From Agrilactobacillus fermenti (lineage in GTDB: Bacteria > Bacillota > Bacilli > Lactobacillales > Lactobacillaceae): DNA of 24,000 nt. The DNA lies in the NCBI RefSeq assembly GCF_021030645.1, contig NZ_JACGCJ010000027.1, positions 14,206-38,205 on the forward strand. The letters run 5' to 3'. This document shows positions 7,880 to 15,764 of this stretch, in pieces. Positions within the stretch are counted from its first letter, which is position 1; every line of letters starts with the position of its first letter. The notes under the pieces were generated by a model, which saw only the letters and a program-made list of their open reading frames with translations, was not told the origin of the DNA and did not search any database. Position numbers and translations under genes: made by a program.

Positions 7880-7921
7880 AGTATAAAACGATCAAGGCAT
7901 TCAAAAATTGACCTATATCAA
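7880..7921 (-). promoter_or_regulatory. FNR/Flp-box promoter of the P1B-ATPase gene
   Basis: TTGACCTATATCAA at 7908-7921 (9/10 to TTGAT-N4-ATCAA). The -10 TATACT is the complement of 7880-7885. Box-to-hexamer spacing is the same 29.5 bp as at 5907-5948, and the flanking sequence aligns with that promoter. Confidence 0.65.
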
Positions 7922-7975
7922 GTTTTAAAAAATAACGCCACAACTATTACAAAATACCAGCTAAAGAAACAAATA

Positions 7976-8017
7976 GGCCCACAAAAATTAGACTAAAAAT
8001 CTAATCTTTGTGGGCCC
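7976..8017 (-). terminator. rho-independent terminator after the two-component operon
   Basis: On the minus strand GGCCCACAAAGATTAGA / TCTAATTTTTGTGGGCC forms a 17-bp stem (one G.U), followed by the U-rich stretch TATTTGTTTCTTT. Confidence 0.7.
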
Positions 8018-8086
8018 TTGCGATTAAAGCGGTACGCTTAAAATAGGCTTCTTCTTGGCTGCTGGGCGCTTTTTGTCACAGACACT

Positions 8087-9580
8087 CTATTTTTTACCTG
8101 ATTCATGATTAGTATCATTCTTTTCGCTTGCTTTTTTATTAGGGAACGTAATAGTAAAGGTCGTCCCAACATTTAGTTCACTTTGAACTTGAATGGTTCC
8201 GTGATGCTGTTCAACTAGGGAATGGACAATTGCCAATCCTAAGCCCGACTCACCATATTTTGTATTCTTTCGGGATGGATCCGCTTTATAGTAACGTTCC
8301 CAAATGTTACGAACCTGTTTTTCGGTCATACCGATACCATTGTCTTTAACGATAAATGTCGTGCTATTATAATCATCTTTAGCTGTCACATTAATCGTTC
8401 CGTTCTGCGTAAACTGAATGGCATTTTGCATAATATTGAATATGATTTGAACGAAACGATCGTAATCCGCATATGTCGTGAGTTTATCGGGTGCGTGTAG
8501 CTTCAATTTATCGCCTGCATCACTGGCTTTTTTAGTTAACTGTTCAATAATATTATGCAAAGCTTGCACCGAATCAAATTCTTTTTTATGCAAAGGAATC
8601 TGGCCGGTTCGAATCTTTTCATAATCTAGATTTTCATTCACCAACCGAATCAACCGCTTCGTCTCATTACGCATTAATTCGATACTCTGACCTTTGGACT
8701 CTTCAGGAATTGCATCATAAGCCAGGCCTTCAAGTAGACCATTGATGGTCGTCAAAGGCGTCCGCATTTCATGAGCAGCATCAGCCATAAATTGGCGCCG
8801 GCGTTCTTCTTGACGTTTGATTTCCTCGTTAGACACTTTTAGCGACGTAATCATCTTATTAAAGTCGTCAGCCAATTCATCTAATTCATCGCGATCGTGA
8901 CTTTGAATTTGTACTTCAAAATTTCCTTCAGCCACTTGATGGGCCGCGGTTCTCAAACGATTGATCCTAGAAACTTGAAAACGCGCCAAAAAATAACTTA
9001 AAATCAAAGCAGCTATTGAGGAAACAATGACAGCGATCAGCAGATTATTTTTGATTTGATCGATACTTGCTTGAATCTGAGTGACTCGTGAACTGACAAT
9101 GACTGCCGCAACCATCTTATTATTATAAAACCAAGGTACGATGACAAAGGTCCGTGCTGGGCCACGCTTCTTTGTGGATGGTGTTAAGTCAGTTTGGTTC
9201 TGGGTTGTTTCTTGCCGATAGCGTTTACCTTGCTCCAAACCTTTCCAAGTAGACTTGTTCAAGGCTGGCGCGCTAACCATGGGGTCGCCATAAACACGCG
9301 TATTCGTAGCATCATAGACGGTAAAACTCACTTCTTGGTCCCGTAAAACAAACTCTAGATCACGCAAAAAGGAAGCTTGCAAGTCTTTAGTCTGGCCAGT
9401 TTGACTATTGGTTACTTGCATCGCATCATCGCGCAGATTATCCGCATAACCTTCTAGTTGGGTCCAAGTTTGTTGATAGGCTGAATTCCGTGAATAACTA
9501 AAAATGGTGGCACTGACGATTAAAATTGTCGTCAAAATTACGAAAAAGAAGCTTAGCATTTGCTGATAAATCAGTTTCAT
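8087..9580 (-). CDS. sensor histidine kinase (two TM helices, extracytoplasmic domain of about 150 aa, HAMP, HisKA, HATPase_c)
   Basis: TM1 at about residues 10-30 and TM2 at about 178-200. H-box FMADAAHEMRTPLT, N-box IMQNAIQFT, G-boxes DNGIGM and GESGLGLAIV. Starts 5 nt after the response-regulator stop. Confidence 0.9.
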   Translation of the reverse strand: MKLIYQQMLSFFFVILTTILIVSATIFSYSRNSAYQQTWTQLEGYADNLRDDAMQVTNSQTGQTKDLQASFLRDLEFVLRDQEVSFTVYDATNTRVYGDPMVSAPALNKSTWKGLEQGKRYRQETTQNQTDLTPSTKKRGPARTFVIVPWFYNNKMVAAVIVSSRVTQIQASIDQIKNNLLIAVIVSSIAALILSYFLARFQVSRINRLRTAAHQVAEGNFEVQIQSHDRDELDELADDFNKMITSLKVSNEEIKRQEERRRQFMADAAHEMRTPLTTINGLLEGLAYDAIPEESKGQSIELMRNETKRLIRLVNENLDYEKIRTGQIPLHKKEFDSVQALHNIIEQLTKKASDAGDKLKLHAPDKLTTYADYDRFVQIIFNIMQNAIQFTQNGTINVTAKDDYNSTTFIVKDNGIGMTEKQVRNIWERYYKADPSRKNTKYGESGLGLAIVHSLVEQHHGTIQVQSELNVGTTFTITFPNKKASEKNDTNHESGKK

Positions 9581-9585
9581 TTACA

Positions 9586-10329
9586 TCAAGCCTCTGACTC
9601 TTTAATGCTAGAATCATCGAATTTATAGCCGACGCCCCAGACCGTTTGAATGACTTGCGGCCCAACTTTCTCAATTTTTTGGCGTAACTTTTTAATATGC
9701 GCGTCAACTGTCCGTTCATCACCAAAATATTCATAGTCCCAAACTAATTCCAATAATTTTTCCCGGGAAAAAACTTGTTTGGGATTTTTAGCCAAAGTGT
9801 GCAGTAAATCAAATTCCTTTGGCGTTAAACCTTCAATTGCTTTATCATCTAAATAAGCTTCACGCGTTTTAGTACTTAATTTAAAATGTTCCGTGATCAC
9901 ATCAAAATTTTGATCATCATTAGCTGTTTCACTAGATTTATGAGGCGCATCTTCTTCAACAATTTCTGCACGACGATGTAAGGCTTTCAAGCGTGCAACC
10001 AAAGTGATCGGACTAAATGGTTTGGTGACGTAATCATCAGCACCAAGTTCAAGGCCTAAAACTTGATCACTTTCAGAATCACGCGCTGTCAGCATGACCA
10101 AAGGTACAGCCTGTGAAACTTCCCGTATTTCTTTAGCCACTTGCATACCATCTTTACCAGGCAAATTGAGGTCTAAAGTAATAATATCCCAGCCATCTGG
10201 ATCTTCTTTGAACATTTTGACGCCTTCATCGCCGTCATAGGCAAAATGGGCGTCCCAGTTCTCTTTTTGAAAAAACATACTCATCATTTCAGAAACAGAT
10301 TTATTATCTTCAATCATTAATATTTTCAT
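9586..10329 (-). CDS. OmpR-family response regulator
   Basis: Receiver domain (phospho-acceptor Asp in ITLDLNLPGKDG, TKPF) plus a winged-helix output domain (TPKEFDLL, RTVDAHIKKLRQKI, VWGVGYKF). The inter-domain linker is unusually long and acidic (EIVEEDAPHKSSETANDDQN). Confidence 0.9.
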   Translation of the reverse strand: MKILMIEDNKSVSEMMSMFFQKENWDAHFAYDGDEGVKMFKEDPDGWDIITLDLNLPGKDGMQVAKEIREVSQAVPLVMLTARDSESDQVLGLELGADDYVTKPFSPITLVARLKALHRRAEIVEEDAPHKSSETANDDQNFDVITEHFKLSTKTREAYLDDKAIEGLTPKEFDLLHTLAKNPKQVFSREKLLELVWDYEYFGDERTVDAHIKKLRQKIEKVGPQVIQTVWGVGYKFDDSSIKESEA

Positions 10330-10527
10330 TTGATAACTTCCTTCATTAAAACTTGCATCTTATGTGAGAAATAACTTAGTATTAATTATACAATGAATTT
10401 AAGCAATATTGCTTTTTTCACAGATTGTTTTCAAAAAAATCAATCTTTTAGCGAACGAATACGTCGCAGTTAAGTTCATATTAGCATAAAAAAGGCATTT
10501 ACAAAATTTTTGGAGGTAAAACGAACT

Positions 10528-11304
10528 ATGACAGAATACAAAGGGGTCGTCTTTTTTGACTTGGATGGCACACTCTTAAACGAACATAAAACCATCGATA
10601 CAGGCGTTGTGGCTGCGTTGGATCAATTAAAAGCCAATGGGTACTTACGAGTGATCGCTAGCGGCCGCCACGAAAGTGAACTACGAGATGCCCGGCAACA
10701 AGCTGGGATTAATTCATTTATTGCTTTAAACGGGGCTTATATTGAATATGAGGGTGAACCAATTTACAAAGCCCAAATTCCTGCGCAAACTGTTCAAGGC
10801 GTCGTGGATATTGCCAATGGTCTGGGAGAGAGTGTCGTTTTTTTCTCGGGACACCATAAAGGTATGTTGCGCATTACCGATGACGCCAATGATTCTTTCA
10901 ATTACACTAAAACACCGATGCCCCCTGTGAATTCAGATTTTTTTGAGAAATATCCAGTTTACATGATGTTGATTTTGACCACAGCTAATGACAAACGATA
11001 TAGCTATCCCTTTAATGACCGCTTAACTTTTTACCGCAACACGCCCTACTCCATCGATACCGTTTTAAAGGACGTTTCCAAAGCTCAAGGCATTCAAAAA
11101 TTATTGGAAGTTATGCACTTAGAAAAAGCGCCAACTTATGCATTTGGTGACGGCTTCAATGACTTACCAATGTTAGGCTTGGTTGACCATCCTGTGGCGA
11201 TGGGTAACGGTATTGATGCGGTCAAAGACCGTGCAGAATATGTGACTGATACCAATGAACGGGGTGGTATCATCCAGGGATTGAAGCACTATCACTTGAT
11301 CTAA
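10528..11304 (+). CDS. Cof-type HAD-IIB family hydrolase (sugar-phosphate phosphatase-like)
   Basis: HAD motif I FFDLDGTLL and motif IV GDGFNDLPML. I prefer ATG 10528 (MTEYKGVVFF) over the listed TTG 10510 because GGAGG at 10512-10516 then serves as the RBS. Confidence 0.85.
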   Translation: MTEYKGVVFFDLDGTLLNEHKTIDTGVVAALDQLKANGYLRVIASGRHESELRDARQQAGINSFIALNGAYIEYEGEPIYKAQIPAQTVQGVVDIANGLGESVVFFSGHHKGMLRITDDANDSFNYTKTPMPPVNSDFFEKYPVYMMLILTTANDKRYSYPFNDRLTFYRNTPYSIDTVLKDVSKAQGIQKLLEVMHLEKAPTYAFGDGFNDLPMLGLVDHPVAMGNGIDAVKDRAEYVTDTNERGGIIQGLKHYHLI

Positions 11305-11314
11305 GAAGCAACTC

Positions 11315-11364
11315 AAAAAGACGACTGAAAATAAGCCTAAAAGCTTACGCTCAATCGTCTTTTT
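11315..11364. terminator. bidirectional terminator between convergent cof-like gene and proA
   Basis: Outer stem AAAAAGACGA / TCGTCTTTTT, plus an inner TAAGC/GCTTA stem. A5 and T5 flanks. Confidence 0.55.
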
Positions 11365-11403
11365 AGTTACGGATAATTTAACTTTAACGGTATGCTAATC
11401 AAC

Positions 11404-12660
11404 TTAGGCTCTAATCTGACCATTACCTTGAGCGATATACTTAGTCGATGTTAATGCAGTCAAGCCCATTGGTCCACGAGCATGTAATTTTTGGGTAGAA
11501 ATACCGATCTCTGCACCAAAACCAAACTCAAAACCATCGGTAAAGCGTGTCGAAGCATTCACGTAAACGACAGCTGCATCAATTGCTTTTGTGAATTTTT
11601 GGCTATTTGAATAGCTGTTAGTGATGATGGCTTCTGAATGCTTCGTGTTGTAACGATTGATGTGCGAAATGGCCGCATCAATATCGGCCACAACTTTAAT
11701 AGCCATCACATAGTCATTATATTCTGTGCCCCAGTCTGTTTCAGTGGCCGCTTCAATTGTCAGTAAAATGGCTTTAGCGGTAGCGTCTCCTTTTAAAGTA
11801 ACGTTATAAGGCTGCAGTGCGGCTTGAACTTGTGGTAAAAATTCAGCCGCAATTTGGCGATCAACGACCAACTTTTCCATCGCATTACAAACAGAAGGCC
11901 GCTGCGTTTTAGCATTGACAATAATATTGAGCGCCATTTTAAAATCGGCATCTGCAGCAACATAGACATGACAATTACCAGCCCCCGTTTCAATTACCGG
12001 TACGGTAGCTTTTTGAACGACTAAATTAATAAAATTTGCACTACCTCGGGGAATTAAAACATCGATATAATCGGTTAGCTGCATCAATTCATCTGCGGTT
12101 TCATGGGTCGTGTCATGAATCAATTGAATGGCATCCGCTGGTAATGCAACTGAAACTAACGCTTGGCGTAAGATATCAGCTAAAGCGATATTAGTTGCAA
12201 TTGCCTCTTTGCCACCACGTAAAATAACAGCATTGCCAGATTTCAAAGTCAAAGCTGCTGCATCCACAGTGACATTCGGACGTGCTTCAAAAATCATGCC
12301 CACCACACCCAACGGTACACGAACTTGTTTGATTTGTAGACCAATTGGTGTCGTCCAGCCTTGCGTCACTTCACCAATTGGATCCGGCAAAGTTTGAACT
12401 TGGCGTAGACCCTCAGCCATGGCTTGAATACGCTCAGCTGTCAACAACAGCCGATCTAGCATTACTTGGCGAACCTTATTTTGTTTGGCATTGGTCATAT
12501 CTTTAGCATTTGCAGCCAAAATTTCATCTGTATGGGCTTCAAGGGCAGCTGCCATCGCCATCAAAGCCTGGTTTTTGATTTGCGTATCTAACTGGCCTAA
12601 AACTTTACTTGCAGCTTGGGCCTGCTGCCCGATCGTGGTTAGAGCCGTTGCTATCATCAT
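11404..12660 (-). CDS. proA: glutamate-5-semialdehyde dehydrogenase (gamma-glutamyl phosphate reductase)
   Basis: Full-length match to the remembered ProA pattern (VPLGVVGMIFEARPNVT, catalytic Cys in RPSVCNAMEKL, STQKLHARGPMGL). The start overlaps the proB stop by 1 nt (TAATG), which suggests translational coupling. Confidence 0.95.
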   Translation of the reverse strand: MMIATALTTIGQQAQAASKVLGQLDTQIKNQALMAMAAALEAHTDEILAANAKDMTNAKQNKVRQVMLDRLLLTAERIQAMAEGLRQVQTLPDPIGEVTQGWTTPIGLQIKQVRVPLGVVGMIFEARPNVTVDAAALTLKSGNAVILRGGKEAIATNIALADILRQALVSVALPADAIQLIHDTTHETADELMQLTDYIDVLIPRGSANFINLVVQKATVPVIETGAGNCHVYVAADADFKMALNIIVNAKTQRPSVCNAMEKLVVDRQIAAEFLPQVQAALQPYNVTLKGDATAKAILLTIEAATETDWGTEYNDYVMAIKVVADIDAAISHINRYNTKHSEAIITNSYSNSQKFTKAIDAAVVYVNASTRFTDGFEFGFGAEIGISTQKLHARGPMGLTALTSTKYIAQGNGQIRA

Positions 12661-13478
12661 TAAACACTCGCTTTCATCGTTTGAGGTGTAAATAAAGTCC
12701 CGATTTCTTTACCATCTAGAATATCAAAAATAATTTCCGGATCGCGGCCGTTTGCCAGTATCATTTGGCGATGGTGCTCTAAGATACGTCGAGCAGCGTT
12801 AAGTTTAGTCGTCATGCCACCAGTCCCAAACTGGGTACTGCTGCCCCCAGCGTAGGCCAAAATGTCGGCATCAATGGCATGCACTTCAGGAATCAAAACA
12901 GCGTCAGGATCTTTATAAGGATTTCCGGTGTAAAAGCCATCAATATCTGACAAAACGATCAATAAATCGGCATCGATAATTTCGGTAACGATTGCGGATA
13001 ATTCATCATTATCACTGAAGCTCGTTTGATGATCCAACTCATCAACTGAAACACTATCATTTTCATTCACAATTGGAATGATATGCTGCCCCATCATCGC
13101 CTTAAAAGCATTGACGACATTGCGTTTGCTCTCCGGAAACAGCATCACATCACGCGTCAGTAAAACTTGCGCGACAATCTGCTGATATTCCGAAAACTCT
13201 TTGGTATAGATACCGATCAATTGACTTTGTCCAATAGCTGAAACTGCTTGCTGTTGGGGAATCTCACTGGGCCGATCCTTTAAATGCAACATACCGATGC
13301 CTACCCCCATTGCCCCACTGGAAACCAGTACGACCTGGATGCCGCGATTACATAAATCTGTCAAAACAAATGCTAAACGGGCAATAGCACGCAAATTTAG
13401 CTTACGATTTTTTAAAACTAAACTACTGGTTCCGATCTTCACAACAATACGTTTTGGATTTATCTGACGCAACAGCAC
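12660..13478 (-). CDS. proB: glutamate 5-kinase (short form without PUA domain)
   Basis: Motifs RIVVKIGTSSL, VLVSSGA, FSDNDELSA, GTGGMTTKL. The listed start is GTG 13478, but TTG at 13472 has better spacing (9 nt) from GGAG (complement of 13482-13485) and may be the true start. Confidence 0.93.
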   Translation of the reverse strand: MLLRQINPKRIVVKIGTSSLVLKNRKLNLRAIARLAFVLTDLCNRGIQVVLVSSGAMGVGIGMLHLKDRPSEIPQQQAVSAIGQSQLIGIYTKEFSEYQQIVAQVLLTRDVMLFPESKRNVVNAFKAMMGQHIIPIVNENDSVSVDELDHQTSFSDNDELSAIVTEIIDADLLIVLSDIDGFYTGNPYKDPDAVLIPEVHAIDADILAYAGGSSTQFGTGGMTTKLNAARRILEHHRQMILANGRDPEIIFDILDGKEIGTLFTPQTMKASV

Positions 13479-13488
13479 TCACTCCAAT

Positions 13489-13527
13489 AAAAAATCTGCA
13501 CTATAAACAGTATATAGAGCAGATTCT
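13489..13527 (-). terminator. hairpin terminator after the D-2-hydroxyacid dehydrogenase gene, overlapping the proBA promoter
   Basis: On the minus strand AATCTGC...GCAGATT (7 bp) plus an inner CTATA/TATAG stem (5 bp), followed by TTTTTTATT. The structure ends 11 nt before the proB start region. Confidence 0.5.
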
Positions 13528-13551
13528 AACAAATTTAAATAAGGACTACAA
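13523..13551 (-). promoter_or_regulatory. candidate sigma-A promoter for proBA
   Basis: On the minus strand: TTGTAG (complement of 13546-13551), 17-nt spacer, TAGAAT (complement of 13523-13528). The -10 overlaps the 5' arm (minus-strand sense) of the hairpin. Confidence 0.45.
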
Positions 13552-13577
13552 TTAATTTTTTTATTTAAGTAACAGTT

Positions 13578-14567
13578 TTAATTCACGGGGTGCTTTACAG
13601 GCTGTCCTGACGCCCCACGAACTGCCTCATTTAAGGCAGTATAGGCAATATTATGAACAGAATTTTTCGTAAAGAAAGCAATATGGGGCGTCAAAATTAA
13701 ATTGGGCAAAGTCAACAAAGTCTCTAATTCAGAATTATTCAAATCTTTGCCTTGCCAGTCATAGTCGAAATAAGGCCCTTCGCCAGTCCAAACGTCTAAG
13801 GCAGCCCCCGCAATCGTGCCGGATTTTAAGGCTTGAATCAACGCTGGCGTATCCACGACTTGACCACGAGCGGCATTGATCAAATAGGCAGAAGCCTTCA
13901 TCTTGGCAAAACTTTCTGTGCTCAATAATTTCATTGTTTGACTCGTTAAGGGCACATGTAACGTCACCACATCACTGGCAGTCAAAAGTGTTGTCAAATC
14001 TGTGTAAGTTGCAAATCCAGCCAAATCAGGATTTTCAACCGGGTCATTAATCATGATTTGACTGCCTAAGGCATGGAATATTTGCGCAACTGCACTACCA
14101 ATATGCCCGGCACCGATGATACCGATCGTCAATTCACTCAGTTCTGGTGAGATTTTACCCAGCCAAGTAAAGTCATGCTGAATTGCGTTCTCTTCGAACT
14201 GGTTTAAATGCCGCAATAACCGCATTGTTTGGGCCAGGACATATTCTGCCACTGATCGTGGTGAATACACCGGCACATTCGTAACAACCAATCCATTGGC
14301 TTTAGCTGCTGCTAAATCAATAAACTCATAACCAACCGACCGGACGGCAATTTGCTTAATACCAAACTCGGCTAATTTGGCATAAACCGCTGGGCTACCT
14401 AAAGGTACGACTTGTTGAACAGATAGGGCATCAAAGCCCTTTACTTGATCAATATTTTCGGTAGTTAATGGTGTCTCCGTGATCGTCAAGTCTTGCTTAT
14501 TTTCTTGAGCCCATTTTTTTAGCTCTACCACTTCTTCTGTAAAGGCATTCATTGCTAAAATCTTCAT
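13578..14567 (-). CDS. D-isomer-specific 2-hydroxyacid dehydrogenase of the D-LDH/D-HicDH family
   Basis: NVPVYSPRSVAEY motif as in D-LDH/HicDH, NAD-binding IGIIGAGHIGSAVA, catalytic-region motifs NAARG and LTPHIAFFT. RBS GGGGTG. Starts 12 nt after the aminotransferase stop. Confidence 0.88.
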   Translation of the reverse strand: MKILAMNAFTEEVVELKKWAQENKQDLTITETPLTTENIDQVKGFDALSVQQVVPLGSPAVYAKLAEFGIKQIAVRSVGYEFIDLAAAKANGLVVTNVPVYSPRSVAEYVLAQTMRLLRHLNQFEENAIQHDFTWLGKISPELSELTIGIIGAGHIGSAVAQIFHALGSQIMINDPVENPDLAGFATYTDLTTLLTASDVVTLHVPLTSQTMKLLSTESFAKMKASAYLINAARGQVVDTPALIQALKSGTIAGAALDVWTGEGPYFDYDWQGKDLNNSELETLLTLPNLILTPHIAFFTKNSVHNIAYTALNEAVRGASGQPVKHPVN

Positions 14568-14579
14568 ATCATTACACCC

Positions 14580-15728
14580 CTAAAATTTTAATTCTTGAAA
14601 AGCTTTGACAGCTAAAGCCAATGTCGCCATATCTTGGGTGGCGGCAATGCGAATAAAGCCTTTTCCAGAATCTCCGAAGGCACGACCTGGAATCACCAAC
14701 ACTTGCTTTTGTTTCAAGAGATAATCACTAAAAGCCACATCATCCATACCTGATTGACGAATATCTACAAATAAATAAATGCTGCCAGCTGCAGGCATCA
14801 CCTTTAGATAAGGTACCTTTGCCAGCTCAGTTGCCAAATAGGTCAACCGCTTTTTAAAATCATCTCGTAAAGTCGGCATAAAATCAGCTAGATGTTCTAA
14901 AGCAAATTTCCCAGCTCGCTGGCCTGGCGCTGAAGGTGTATAAGCGACCCCCTCATTTAAGAGTCCAGCCGCATCGTTGATTTTCTCAGGTGCTAATAAA
15001 TAACCGATCCGAAAGCCCGTCATCGCAAAGACTTTTGATAATGATCCTGTCACAATCGTTCGTTCTGGAGCCAAAGCTTCTAAAGGCACAAATTCATTAT
15101 CACCGTAGACATAAGGCCAGTAAACTTCATCAGCAAATAAATACAAATCGTATTTTTGGGCCACAGCTACAATGGCCGTTAAAGTCGATTTTGAAAAAAC
15201 AGCACCAGTCGGGTTATTCGGCGAATTAATGATCACCGCCTTAGTTTTAGGCGTGATCGCCGCTTCTAAATCAGCCGCTTGCAGTTGAAATTGATGGTCA
15301 GCGGTCGTTTTAACAAAAACCGGTTTCGCCCCAAAGGCTTGAATTTCCACTTTATAAGAGGTGAAATAAGGCTCATGAATAATGACTTCATCGCCGGGGT
15401 CTAAGATGGCACCTAAAGCGATGAACATGGCATGTGAAGCACCGGCAGTTGCTCGAACATTTGTTAAGTCATAATGTGTGTGAAAACGTGTATTGTGTGT
15501 TGCTAAAATAGCTTGCAAAAAACCAGGATCCCCGGCTGAAGCCGTGTAATGAGTATAGCCAGCTTTCATATCTTGATAGGCCTGTTCAATAATTGGCAAC
15601 GCCGTGCGCTGATCTGGATCACCAATGGATAGATCAATAATATTTTGCATATTTGCAGCGGTTTTACCGATATCTGCTAATATATTTTTTTCTGGAGCTT
15701 GAAATAATTTTGCTAATGGTTTGACCAA
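14580..15728 (-). CDS. class I/II pyridoxal-phosphate-dependent aminotransferase (AspC/AraT-like)
   Basis: Motifs INSPNNPTGAV, PLP-lysine motif GSLSKVFAMTGFRIGY, and C-terminal GFIRIA. TTG start with RBS AGGGGG 7 nt upstream. Starts 36 nt after the ABC gene stop. Confidence 0.88.
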   Translation of the reverse strand: MVKPLAKLFQAPEKNILADIGKTAANMQNIIDLSIGDPDQRTALPIIEQAYQDMKAGYTHYTASAGDPGFLQAILATHNTRFHTHYDLTNVRATAGASHAMFIALGAILDPGDEVIIHEPYFTSYKVEIQAFGAKPVFVKTTADHQFQLQAADLEAAITPKTKAVIINSPNNPTGAVFSKSTLTAIVAVAQKYDLYLFADEVYWPYVYGDNEFVPLEALAPERTIVTGSLSKVFAMTGFRIGYLLAPEKINDAAGLLNEGVAYTPSAPGQRAGKFALEHLADFMPTLRDDFKKRLTYLATELAKVPYLKVMPAAGSIYLFVDIRQSGMDDVAFSDYLLKQKQVLVIPGRAFGDSGKGFIRIAATQDMATLALAVKAFQELKF

Positions 15729-15764
15729 AGTTATTCCCCCTATAAGCTGGATACTAATGCAATT

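Noticed and set aside
9498-9734. 78-aa ORF spanning the response-regulator/kinase junction on the minus strand
   Set aside because: It lies entirely in an alternative frame of two well-supported genes, has no RBS, and its translation is low-complexity. It is a frame artefact.
12128-12691. Two plus-strand ORFs (89 and 68 aa) antisense to proA/proB
   Set aside because: They are Ala/Ser/Cys-rich mirror-frame translations typical of antisense reading of a coding region. They have no start context or RBS.
13479-13577. Possible proline T-box or attenuator leader upstream of proBA
   Set aside because: Only 99 bp are available and I see no T-box consensus (..GGUGGUACCGCG..), specifier loop or AG bulge. 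The single hairpin is better explained as the upstream operon's terminator overlapping a promoter.
14990-15229. 79-aa plus-strand ORF antisense to the aminotransferase gene
   Set aside because: It is an antisense artefact inside a gene with clear PLP-enzyme motifs and has no expression signals.
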